Shown piece after piece: positions 8,818 through 16,704 of a DNA stretch of 32,966 nucleotides (the stretch's first letter is position 1; each line of letters begins with the position of its first letter). Both the position numbers and the translations under genes were made by a program. The notes under the pieces were generated by a model. The model saw nothing but the letters and a program-made list of their open reading frames with translations, did no database searches and was not told the DNA's origin. Source of the stretch: a virus (lineage: Duplodnaviria; Caudoviricetes); the IMG/VR virus record IMGVR_UViG_3300032318_001202, positions 1 to 32,966 of that record; one strand, 5' to 3'.

Positions 8818-11811
8818 TTATTTCTCCGGATTGTGACCCCAAATTTTCAGGGCTAGTAGTTTACGAGTTGGTTCACCTTTATCATCACGAAGTGGGCCTT
8901 TGGCTCCCTTCATGCGACTGATAAATGAAATTTGCTTGTTTGCCCATTTCCAATCGCCAGCCTGCCAATCATCTTTCTTCTTGCCAAGCATTCGGACAAT
9001 AGCACGAGCCGAATCTCGTCCCGAGGTAATCTTACCTCCACCAGTTCCTGCTTTGCCTGCTTCCTTACGCGACAATCCCGCTTCTTTGCCGCCCTGTGAA
9101 TCAATGAAGTTTTGAAGTTCTTTGGCTCCCATGTTTACAAGTTTAGACCATTCCTTGTAGATACTATCTTTTTCTTCATCATCCATTTCTTCAGCCAATT
9201 TGTTTTGACCAGGAGTATCTTTGGCGTAAGTCTTACGAATCTTATTAGTGCCAATCTCTAAAACTTCTTTAAACAATTTACGAGCCATACTTGTTTCGTC
9301 TGTATACTCGTAAAGCACCCATTCAAAATCCTGTTCAAGTGTGGTGGTTTCAGTTTTTGGAGCGTGTATAGAATACATCTCTCGCTTTTGTTCTTGTATG
9401 TAAATTTCCCAAGCATCTCGTTCTTCTTGAGTGGTGGTGTTTGATTGAAGTTCACGAGCCTTTTCAATTCTTGAACTAATTTTTGTATTATTGTCTAGAA
9501 GAACTGCTTGATCTAGAATTTCTTGCAGTTCAAAGGCTTCTGATTTTGCTCCAAACTTTTTATCAAATGCTATAGAATACTTGGAGCGTCTTGCACTTTT
9601 TTCCGGATCGCCGGGAAGTTTTTTCCAAGCCTTAGGATCGGAATCAGAACGAGCCTTTCGTGCAGCAAACTGTTTCACTCTAGCCTTGGCATCTGCTTTA
9701 CTTAGTCCTGAAACATATTTCTTTGGCAAACCAGTTTCTTTATCCTTTGGAGTCGCCCGCGCAGCCGCTTCACCCAATGCAACCTCTTCAGTTTTTGGTT
9801 CGGGCTTTGCCGCAGACATTTCTTTAGGATCCACTTGCATTCCAGTTTGACGCAAGAAGCGCAAACCAATCAGAACCTTGTATTCCATATGACTACGATT
9901 AGCAAGAGAGAATTTTACATTCTTGTATTCACGACTAGCAAATTCTACATCCATCAAAACTATTGGACGAATTTCTCGTTCTTCAGTTCCGCCACGCTTA
10001 ATCTTGATGCGACTAACAATAGACTTGGTTAAACTCTTACCGTTTATCTTAAACGAGACTGTGTGATTTTTTTCGTTAATCTTTATGTCTGTAGCATCAA
10101 TAGAATTGTAACCGCTATTGCCTGTATCAATTTTTGCGTTGTATTCAATGCCGTCAACAGTAATATTTTCGCTGACTGCTACATTACTAAACAGTTTCCA
10201 GTTTGACTTATTGCTGACATGCTCAATTAAAGCATCCATCAATCCTTGACCTTCTACTTCTTCAGTAGCCTTGCCGTCCTTGTAGAGTGTATAAACATTA
10301 CCACTTCCTGGTGAGGCATTCATTTCAATAATGTAAGGTTTGCCGTCTACAACCACATGGTCAACACCAACATAATAGCACTTGCTTACTAAAGCAACCT
10401 TTTCCACAAGTTCAATCTCTTCTGGACTTAGTTTAAATGCTCCCCCTGAGGAACCCCTAGCAATATTAGTTCTGAAATCGCCTTTAGCCTTGTCACGCTT
10501 TGCACAGGCGAATATCTTGCCATTAAGAACAATTGAGCGAACATCGTTCTTAAATCCTGGCAAAAACTCTTGGAGGATAACTTCTGCACCAAACTTCCAT
10601 AGAGACTGAAGCACAGAACGCAAAGACTTTTCGCTTTCAATAATTGAAACACCGATACCTTCTGCGCCTGTAACAGTCTTCACAACAACAGGATACTTTC
10701 CACCAATAGACTTCATAGCATTTGCCACCGAATCTTCATCGGAAACAAATGCAGTTCGTGGGTGTGGTAGGTTATACTTCTGAAGGGCTAGAGCAGTCTG
10801 CAACTTGTTTGCACAAATCTCCATAGCACCCTTTTCGTTAACCATGAACACACCATTGTTCTGTAGAATTGTAGCGAGACCAATACCAAGTTCCGAATTC
10901 ATTACACCACCACGCACAAAGCATAGGGTATTTTGAGGCTTAATCACAACCTTCTTGGTGTCTTCGCCTTCGGTAATTTGAATTGTAACCTTTTCGCCGC
11001 TGGCTTCCATTGAATTAATGTGAGCATACTTCATTTTGATTACATGAAATTCTATGCCTTTTTTCTTGCATGACTTTTCCATCTTCTCAATTGAAGAGCC
11101 TTCTGTACCACCTTCAGCAGAAGTCAAACAAAGTAAAGTTACATCAGATGACTTCTCTTCCCATAGCCATTCTTCTTTTAGTTGCATTCCCTTTTTCACA
11201 GCCATGAAAATCTTCTTGGCATCCGTCTTGCTCACATGAGCAGGAACTCCTTTAAGGAACGCATCATAATCGCCGTCAAACACAGCCTTACGCATCTTGG
11301 ATGCTGACATGCCCTGCACACCTTCCGAATCAGGATCGCGGTCGCCAGCACTAATCACTTTGAAATCTGAGAACTTGTAGCCCTCGGTACTCTTTGGATC
11401 AAGATCAATGTATTGCTTAATCTTGTTGTATTCTGCCATATGATCTGCACCAGTCACGATGCGTACTTTAGTATAACCAGCATCGCTTAACTTTTGTGCA
11501 ATAGCATAAGGCCCTGCAACCGTCTTGCCATCCTTGTTTGAAAAAGGCTTTGGCATCAGTTGGAACTTCATCTTGGGGAAAAACTTCTTTAAAGTCTCAA
11601 GTTTAGTTTTTGAGTCTAGCGGATTCTTCTTTGGGTCTTGCGAGTAGGAAGCGTAAATGCAAAACTCAGCACCAATCTTTTGGGCTTCTTCTAACACCTT
11701 GTTTACAAGAACTTCGTGTCCTGTGGTTGGTGGGTTAAAGCGTCCAACGCCAATAACAATTGACTTTTCTTTCTTGGGTGCTTCGGTGATGATCTGTGAG
11801 AGTTTTTTCAC
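8818..11811 (-). CDS. Multidomain protein: HIGH-superfamily nucleotidyltransferase + RimK-family ATP-grasp ligase + RimB-like aspartyl protease + DUF5824-N-like + DUF3140-like domains
   Basis: GRFNPPTTGH and GMSASKMR (HIGH/KMSKS-like); GAEGIGV, QEF, DVR, DFRTNIARG, EMNASPG (RimK); AKIDTG, RPIV, FSLANRSHMEYKVLIG (RimK-associated retropepsin-like protease); LVNM...SGRDS...WGHNP (DUF3140-like). GTG 11811 (GTGA overlap) preferred over ATG 11817. Confidence 0.85.
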   Translation of the reverse strand: MKKLSQIITEAPKKEKSIVIGVGRFNPPTTGHEVLVNKVLEEAQKIGAEFCIYASYSQDPKKNPLDSKTKLETLKKFFPKMKFQLMPKPFSNKDGKTVAGPYAIAQKLSDAGYTKVRIVTGADHMAEYNKIKQYIDLDPKSTEGYKFSDFKVISAGDRDPDSEGVQGMSASKMRKAVFDGDYDAFLKGVPAHVSKTDAKKIFMAVKKGMQLKEEWLWEEKSSDVTLLCLTSAEGGTEGSSIEKMEKSCKKKGIEFHVIKMKYAHINSMEASGEKVTIQITEGEDTKKVVIKPQNTLCFVRGGVMNSELGIGLATILQNNGVFMVNEKGAMEICANKLQTALALQKYNLPHPRTAFVSDEDSVANAMKSIGGKYPVVVKTVTGAEGIGVSIIESEKSLRSVLQSLWKFGAEVILQEFLPGFKNDVRSIVLNGKIFACAKRDKAKGDFRTNIARGSSGGAFKLSPEEIELVEKVALVSKCYYVGVDHVVVDGKPYIIEMNASPGSGNVYTLYKDGKATEEVEGQGLMDALIEHVSNKSNWKLFSNVAVSENITVDGIEYNAKIDTGNSGYNSIDATDIKINEKNHTVSFKINGKSLTKSIVSRIKIKRGGTEEREIRPIVLMDVEFASREYKNVKFSLANRSHMEYKVLIGLRFLRQTGMQVDPKEMSAAKPEPKTEEVALGEAAARATPKDKETGLPKKYVSGLSKADAKARVKQFAARKARSDSDPKAWKKLPGDPEKSARRSKYSIAFDKKFGAKSEAFELQEILDQAVLLDNNTKISSRIEKARELQSNTTTQEERDAWEIYIQEQKREMYSIHAPKTETTTLEQDFEWVLYEYTDETSMARKLFKEVLEIGTNKIRKTYAKDTPGQNKLAEEMDDEEKDSIYKEWSKLVNMGAKELQNFIDSQGGKEAGLSRKEAGKAGTGGGKITSGRDSARAIVRMLGKKKDDWQAGDWKWANKQISFISRMKGAKGPLRDDKGEPTRKLLALKIWGHNPEK

Positions 11812-13037
11812 TTCCATTCCTTTGCTAGATTGAAGTTGTTCTTAGAGAACTCGTTGCGATCAACAAGTTTCACAATACTACATGTCTTACCACAAACTGC
11901 TACGAAACCTTCAGGTGCGGTTGGACGATATCCGTCCTTGTCTGCAATAAAGGTTGAGACACTTTGGGTAAGAGAAAGTTTAGAGATAACCAAACTCTTA
12001 GCCTTGGCTATGAGTGCGTGAAGTGCAAACAGTTTATCAATTTGAGAAGCGTAAGCCTGTAGATACTTGGTGATTCTCGCGCCTTTTTCCTGCTTCTCTT
12101 TCTTCTTTGCTTCAGTCTTTAGTGCGTCTACTTCAGTAGCAAGACGAGCCTGAATGAATGTTGCAAGACCGTTTGTGGTATTGTTTGAAAGTCCTGCTCG
12201 TACTGTAGCATTGATATACTGCGACACATACTCGGATGCTTCACTCTTGTTGAATGAACCTAAAGCAGACTTCAAGTTCTTGGCTTCCGCCTCAATTTGT
12301 TTTGTGAGAACAGCAATCTGTTTTTCTTCTGCGGTTTGAAGCAAAAGGTTCTTTGGTAGAGTTGGAACCTTGGCATCCACAACCCACACTCCTGTGGATG
12401 TTCCCATTGAAGGAACACCAGGCGACCATGATCCGCGCTCTTTAGGATCGCCACTACCACCCCATTTAGTGTGGAACACAATACCAAACTTAGCAGAGGC
12501 TACTTCTATTCCTGTGGGACTATCCGCAGGAACAGCGTATGTAATTGTGTTGGGTCGGAAGGTGATGTAACTCTTGCCGTCAATAGTTTCTTTTTTCTTC
12601 TCGCCTTGTGTAAACAGCAAGTCGCCCCAAACCATACCCTTGATGTTTAGTGGCTTTAGATACTTTAAAGCATCTATCAGTTTAGCAACCACACCACCTT
12701 CGTGGTTGGCTTTGATATCTGCTTCTGTATAGTTAACTTTTGAAGTCTTAGAAAAGAAAGACTTGGTAGCCACAAAGAACTTTTTAGTGTCGGGATGAAT
12801 GCCTGCAATAAGAGCAGGAGCACCATCCCATTTTGTGGATACATTCAAAGATGGAACAGCCTTTCCTGTTGAGGAAACACCGCTAACAACATCTTTTAAA
12901 ATTTTAATGGATGCTTGTAACCCATCCCAACCCTGCTCAAACATACCGTCTTCAAGGTGGCTAATGTGACCACCTTTGTTTTCTTTAACGGCTTCGGTTA
13001 TGAGATTGGGGGTTGAAAATGAAGAAAAGTTTAGCAT
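11808..13037 (-). CDS. DUF6267-like protein, predicted ATP-dependent ligase-type covalent nucleotidyltransferase
   Basis: HISHLED; STKWDGAP (KxDG motif I), FFVATKS, GDLLF, EGFV (motif IV), VKLVDR (motif V). Confidence 0.75.
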   Translation of the reverse strand: MLNFSSFSTPNLITEAVKENKGGHISHLEDGMFEQGWDGLQASIKILKDVVSGVSSTGKAVPSLNVSTKWDGAPALIAGIHPDTKKFFVATKSFFSKTSKVNYTEADIKANHEGGVVAKLIDALKYLKPLNIKGMVWGDLLFTQGEKKKETIDGKSYITFRPNTITYAVPADSPTGIEVASAKFGIVFHTKWGGSGDPKERGSWSPGVPSMGTSTGVWVVDAKVPTLPKNLLLQTAEEKQIAVLTKQIEAEAKNLKSALGSFNKSEASEYVSQYINATVRAGLSNNTTNGLATFIQARLATEVDALKTEAKKKEKQEKGARITKYLQAYASQIDKLFALHALIAKAKSLVISKLSLTQSVSTFIADKDGYRPTAPEGFVAVCGKTCSIVKLVDRNEFSKNNFNLAKEWK

Positions 13038-13043
13038 ATAACA

Positions 13044-13050
13044 TATTTAT
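13044..13050 (-). promoter_or_regulatory. Late promoter-like motif ATAAATA
   Basis: CATAAATA-TGTTAT-ATG heading the ligase/polyprotein/lysozyme block. Confidence 0.65.
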
Positions 13051-13058
13051 GCTAATCT

Positions 13059-13568
13059 TCACTCCTCCTCCACCCATCTTGACCAAGTTTTCGGGCCCAT
13101 ATGGTCAATGATTGTCATTATAATCATCTTCCTGTTGGGAACAATAGGAGGCTTGGCTAGAGGCATCTTGGCTTCCTGTGGAGTTCGGTTAGCCTTCTTG
13201 TAGTTGCATCTACGACAGGAAGCCACAACATTCTTCCACTCAAACTTACCACCACGGCTAGCAGGCAACACATGGTCGATGGTTCCGTTGGCGGCATTCA
13301 AAGTACACCTACAATACTGGCATTCAAACTTGTCACGACGAAATACTCCTTTACGAGTTGCTCCCTTGACCCTATACGGCAGGTTCACATACTCCACCAA
13401 CACAATAGCGGTGGGTAGTTCATAGTGCCCTCGGGGTGTAGGAATACGATAGAAGTCGTCGTGACCATAAGGCTTGGCGGCTTTACCTGAACATAGCAGG
13501 TTAACCGCTCGCTTCCAATCAATCACATTTAACACTTCCTCGCTAGCGTTTAGGAGGAGAACCTTCAA
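13059..13568 (-). CDS. HNH endonuclease (bacterial-type HNH family)
   Basis: VLLLNAS N-terminus; RRDKFECQYC, TIDHVLPASRGG, WKNVVASCRRCNYKK. Confidence 0.92.
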   Translation of the reverse strand: MKVLLLNASEEVLNVIDWKRAVNLLCSGKAAKPYGHDDFYRIPTPRGHYELPTAIVLVEYVNLPYRVKGATRKGVFRRDKFECQYCRCTLNAANGTIDHVLPASRGGKFEWKNVVASCRRCNYKKANRTPQEAKMPLAKPPIVPNRKMIIMTIIDHMGPKTWSRWVEEE

Positions 13569-13571
13569 GGT

Positions 13572-13928
13572 TTAGCCCTTCAGAAGTTGAGGGTTAGTAT
13601 CCTGTTCCATCTCTTGATTGAACAGATTGATTTCTTCCTGCTCATCCTTAATGATGGCATACACTTCGCCCTTGAAGCAAATAGCCAGTGCATCATCATT
13701 CTCTGTCATAAGAGTAATGTATCCACCAACAACTACACGATCACCCTTTTGAATTGGGAAAGGATCGGGCTGACGAGCAAAAGAAAAGTTTCTTCCATCG
13801 CCGCCAACAGGCTGAGGAGCAAATGGTTGCTGTCCTGCGGAATAAACAATTCCTTCAAAAGCCTCACCTGGCTTAATCTTGGTGCGATCAACTTTTACGA
13901 TAACATAATCAGTATTTGGAATAAGCAT
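13572..13928 (-). CDS. GroES/cpn10-like co-chaperonin (divergent)
   Basis: LIPNTDYVIVK...EGIVYSAG...PIQKGDRVV...EVYAII follows the cpn10 pattern; AAGGAG SD. Confidence 0.65.
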   Translation of the reverse strand: MLIPNTDYVIVKVDRTKIKPGEAFEGIVYSAGQQPFAPQPVGGDGRNFSFARQPDPFPIQKGDRVVVGGYITLMTENDDALAICFKGEVYAIIKDEQEEINLFNQEMEQDTNPQLLKG

Positions 13929-13953
13929 TGTATTTTCTCCTTTAAGTATCTAG

Positions 13954-14027
13954 TAGGAGTGCCAGGATTCGAACCTGTTCCAACCGGGTATAAACCGATC
14001 TGGGCCAACCAAAGACCCCCCACTCCC
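13954..14027 (-). tRNA. tRNA-Ile with UAU anticodon, atypical structure
   Basis: Acceptor GGGAGTG/CACTCCT plus discriminator A; anticodon arm ATCGG-TT TAT AC-CCGGT (anticodon 13992-13990); T arm CAGG-TTCGAAT-CCTG; followed by CTA, not CCA. Confidence 0.85.
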
Positions 14028-14028
14028 A

Positions 14029-14289
14029 TTATCCGTCAGTAGTCTGCTCCTTGACAATCAAGGCAGCGCGAGACTTTTTGTTTGCAACATGACCCGATTC
14101 TGTCTTGATGAGATAGTTACTCTTCTGTCTATCATCATCGTGACCCAAGCGATAGTTCACTTCCGTCATAACATTTCCATCAACAACAGAAGTGATGTTG
14201 CTAACAAGCATAGCAACAAGAGTCTCCGACAAGGCTGCTGCGTTAGCCTCGTTTGTGTTCAGGGGAATATCAATGTGAAGTCGGAACAT
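14029..14289 (-). CDS. Hypothetical protein
   Basis: 86-aa ORF directly behind a consensus promoter, ending 1 nt before the tRNA. Confidence 0.75.
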   Translation of the reverse strand: MFRLHIDIPLNTNEANAAALSETLVAMLVSNITSVVDGNVMTEVNYRLGHDDDRQKSNYLIKTESGHVANKKSRAALIVKEQTTDG

Positions 14290-14295
14290 GTGTAT

Positions 14296-14323
14296 ATTAT
14301 ATCTCTTATTGGTGTGTTGTCAA
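14296..14323 (-). promoter_or_regulatory. Consensus sigma70 promoter TTGACA-16-TATAAT
   Basis: -35 at 14323-14318, -10 at 14301-14296, 6 nt before ATG 14289. Confidence 0.8.
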
Positions 14324-15741
14324 GACCAATCAGCAAAATCTCTCTTTTTAAATTTTTCTCCCATACGCTCGCGGAAAGTTTTAAATTCCCCTGTTTGCTC
14401 TTCGTCTTCATCCTTAACTTCAGGCATATTAATAATACCTCGTTGCGCTGATTCATCCAAGTCAAAAAGTTTCATTTTGCTGCGATCAATACCAACCACG
14501 AATCGGCGATTTGCAGCAGGATCTGCATAACGATTCTTAAGTTGCTTAATCATAATTTGACCAAGCCCTTGAAGTTCTTCGGTTGAAACCAAAGCAAACA
14601 TGAAATCTGCGGTTTGCGGCAAACCAAAAGATTCGCTCGTATCCGTCAACTCCACATCGCTGCTAGAGAATCCTGAACGATTGGTTTGTGTTGCAGTAAA
14701 GATAGGCACACCTGTTTCTACAGCAAGACCTCTCAATTCTTCTGCAATTGCCTTGATGAAAGTATAAGAATTCACCGTAGCACTCTGCTTCATGCGCGAT
14801 GATGCACAGATATTCAGATAATCAATAAAGATTATTTCAGGAATAAAGTTCTTCTTCAAACGCAATTCATCAAGAAGATGCTTGAAGTGCATAGCACTTG
14901 CTGTAGCGGTGGGATATTCTTTGATAATGAGTTTACCTGTAGTTCTTTCCATGATACGCTTCAATTTTCGGTCGTAGATATCCTTAGGCAAAGCCTTCAA
15001 ATCATCTAGACTTGTATCCATAAGATTGGCATCAATTCGTTCAGCAATACGCTCTTCTGCCATTTCACAGGTGATGTACAACACATTCTTACCCTGCATA
15101 AGACAATTAGCCGCATGATGACAGAGGAACAAACTCTTGCCTACGCCCGTGCCCGCTAGACATACATTCAAGGTCTTGTAAGGCGTACCGTTGTTGGTAA
15201 TCTTGTTCAGCAGATCAATATCAAACGGAATACGCTTCTCTACGGTATGATAGAAGTTGTATCGCTTGTCTGCGTCTTCAATAAAATCGTGACCGATATG
15301 AGTATCAAAACTAACTGCAAGAGCAGTAGAAAGAATACTTGGAATAGCAGTCTTCGTTTTGTCTTTGGACTTTCCATCAATAATTTGAATGGATTCCATG
15401 ATACCATTATAGAGTGCCTTTTCTTTACAGAACTCTTCGGTATTGTCTAGCAACCATTGAGTTTCCAACTTGTCGTGAGTCTTGAATGATTTGATTATAT
15501 CCTTAATTGTCTTGAATTCAGTTTCACTTAAGTTATCCCGCTTACTTAAATCAATAAGCAAACTCTCAACAGTTGGCTGCTTGTTGTACTTGGTGTAAAA
15601 AGTGCCGATACAATCATAGATGACTCGCTCATCCCGTTCTGTAAAGTATTCAGGCTTTAAAAACGGAAGAACCTTGCGCCCGTACTCTTCATCATGGAGT
15701 AAGGTTCGCAGAATGAGAATTTCTGTTCTATCGTTAGTCAT
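14320..15741 (-). CDS. gp41: T4-like replicative DNA helicase (DnaB family)
   Basis: Walker A AGTGVGKS, YITCEMAEERIAERIDAN, IKEYPT, IDYLNIC, TATQTNRSG, SESFGLP, KQLKNRY. Confidence 0.97.
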   Translation of the reverse strand: MTNDRTEILILRTLLHDEEYGRKVLPFLKPEYFTERDERVIYDCIGTFYTKYNKQPTVESLLIDLSKRDNLSETEFKTIKDIIKSFKTHDKLETQWLLDNTEEFCKEKALYNGIMESIQIIDGKSKDKTKTAIPSILSTALAVSFDTHIGHDFIEDADKRYNFYHTVEKRIPFDIDLLNKITNNGTPYKTLNVCLAGTGVGKSLFLCHHAANCLMQGKNVLYITCEMAEERIAERIDANLMDTSLDDLKALPKDIYDRKLKRIMERTTGKLIIKEYPTATASAMHFKHLLDELRLKKNFIPEIIFIDYLNICASSRMKQSATVNSYTFIKAIAEELRGLAVETGVPIFTATQTNRSGFSSSDVELTDTSESFGLPQTADFMFALVSTEELQGLGQIMIKQLKNRYADPAANRRFVVGIDRSKMKLFDLDESAQRGIINMPEVKDEDEEQTGEFKTFRERMGEKFKKRDFADWS

Positions 15742-15748
15742 TAATTAT

Positions 15749-15777
15749 AGTATAGACTCAAACTGCAACTTTGTCAA
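15749..15777 (-). promoter_or_regulatory. Sigma70-like promoter TTGACA-17-TATACT for gp41
   Basis: -35 at 15777-15772, -10 at 15754-15749, 7 nt before ATG 15741. Confidence 0.8.
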
Positions 15778-16684
15778 CAGATAACCAGTCAGAAACTGAA
15801 ACTTTTGGAGTCCAATTTAACCATCTTACTGCTTTTTCATTATCGCATAGAGTAATTCTTGCTTCACCTGCTCTAGCAGGCAGATGAACTACTGAATTTG
15901 TTTCAGAAACCATTTTTGAAATTTGATTTACAGAATAGTTTATTCCTGTTCCAATATTAAACACTTCCCCGTTTAATCTACCACCACCAAGTTCACTTTG
16001 TGCTGCTAAAATATTTGCATCTACAATGTCTGAAACATGAACAAAATCTCTTCTTTGTTCGCCATCACCAACTATAGTAAACGGAGTTCCGTCCTTTAAT
16101 TGTTTTTGAAACACACCAATAACTGGAGCATAAGTTCCCCTAACAGGTTGTCTTTCACCATAAACATTAAAATATCTCAGTATAACAGTATCCAAACCTT
16201 CAATCATACTATACTGTTGACAGAAAACTTCTGCTGCTAATTTTGTTGAAGAATAAGGGTTTAAACATGTTGGTTCAGCATTTTCATCTACCGCATAATC
16301 GTGTTTTGCGTAAATTGCAGAGGTTGATGAAAACATCAATCTCTTAACTCCATTTTTGCTTGAATACTCTAAAGTATTTCGTGTGCCAAGAATATTTGTA
16401 TCAATACAAAGTTTAGGGTTTTCTATGCAATATTGTATTCTACATTCTGCCGCCATATGAAATACATAATCAAACTTTTCATTAGCCAAAACCTTCCAGG
16501 GTATTGGTGTAGAAATATCTGAATCTTTTTTATCAAGATATGTTGCTTTAGGATTGAAATAAAATCTATCGTGAGCAATACTGCTTTGATTGTCAATACC
16601 AACAACAGACCAGCCTTTAGAAATTAAACTATCAACTAGATTGGAACCAATAAATCCACAAGCACCTGTGACTAAACACTTCAT
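15758..16684 (-). CDS. NAD-dependent nucleotide-sugar epimerase/dehydratase (extended SDR)
   Basis: TGACGFIGS, SSTSAIY, YSSTK (YxxxK), LRYFNVYG, GDGEQRRDFVHV. Confidence 0.92.
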   Translation of the reverse strand: MKCLVTGACGFIGSNLVDSLISKGWSVVGIDNQSSIAHDRFYFNPKATYLDKKDSDISTPIPWKVLANEKFDYVFHMAAECRIQYCIENPKLCIDTNILGTRNTLEYSSKNGVKRLMFSSTSAIYAKHDYAVDENAEPTCLNPYSSTKLAAEVFCQQYSMIEGLDTVILRYFNVYGERQPVRGTYAPVIGVFQKQLKDGTPFTIVGDGEQRRDFVHVSDIVDANILAAQSELGGGRLNGEVFNIGTGINYSVNQISKMVSETNSVVHLPARAGEARITLCDNEKAVRWLNWTPKVSVSDWLSVDKVAV

Positions 16685-16704
16685 GTTTTATCTTTCTTTA
16701 AAGT

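Noticed and set aside
13059-13568. HNH as an intron-encoded homing endonuclease or Cas9/IscB fragment
   Set aside because: Free-standing, neighbouring genes intact, no RuvC motifs or intron features seen
13587-14530. Plus-strand ORFs 13587..14042, 14089..14451, 14288..14530 and minus-strand 14259..14465
   Set aside because: Overlap better-supported genes and the tRNA; no recognisable motifs
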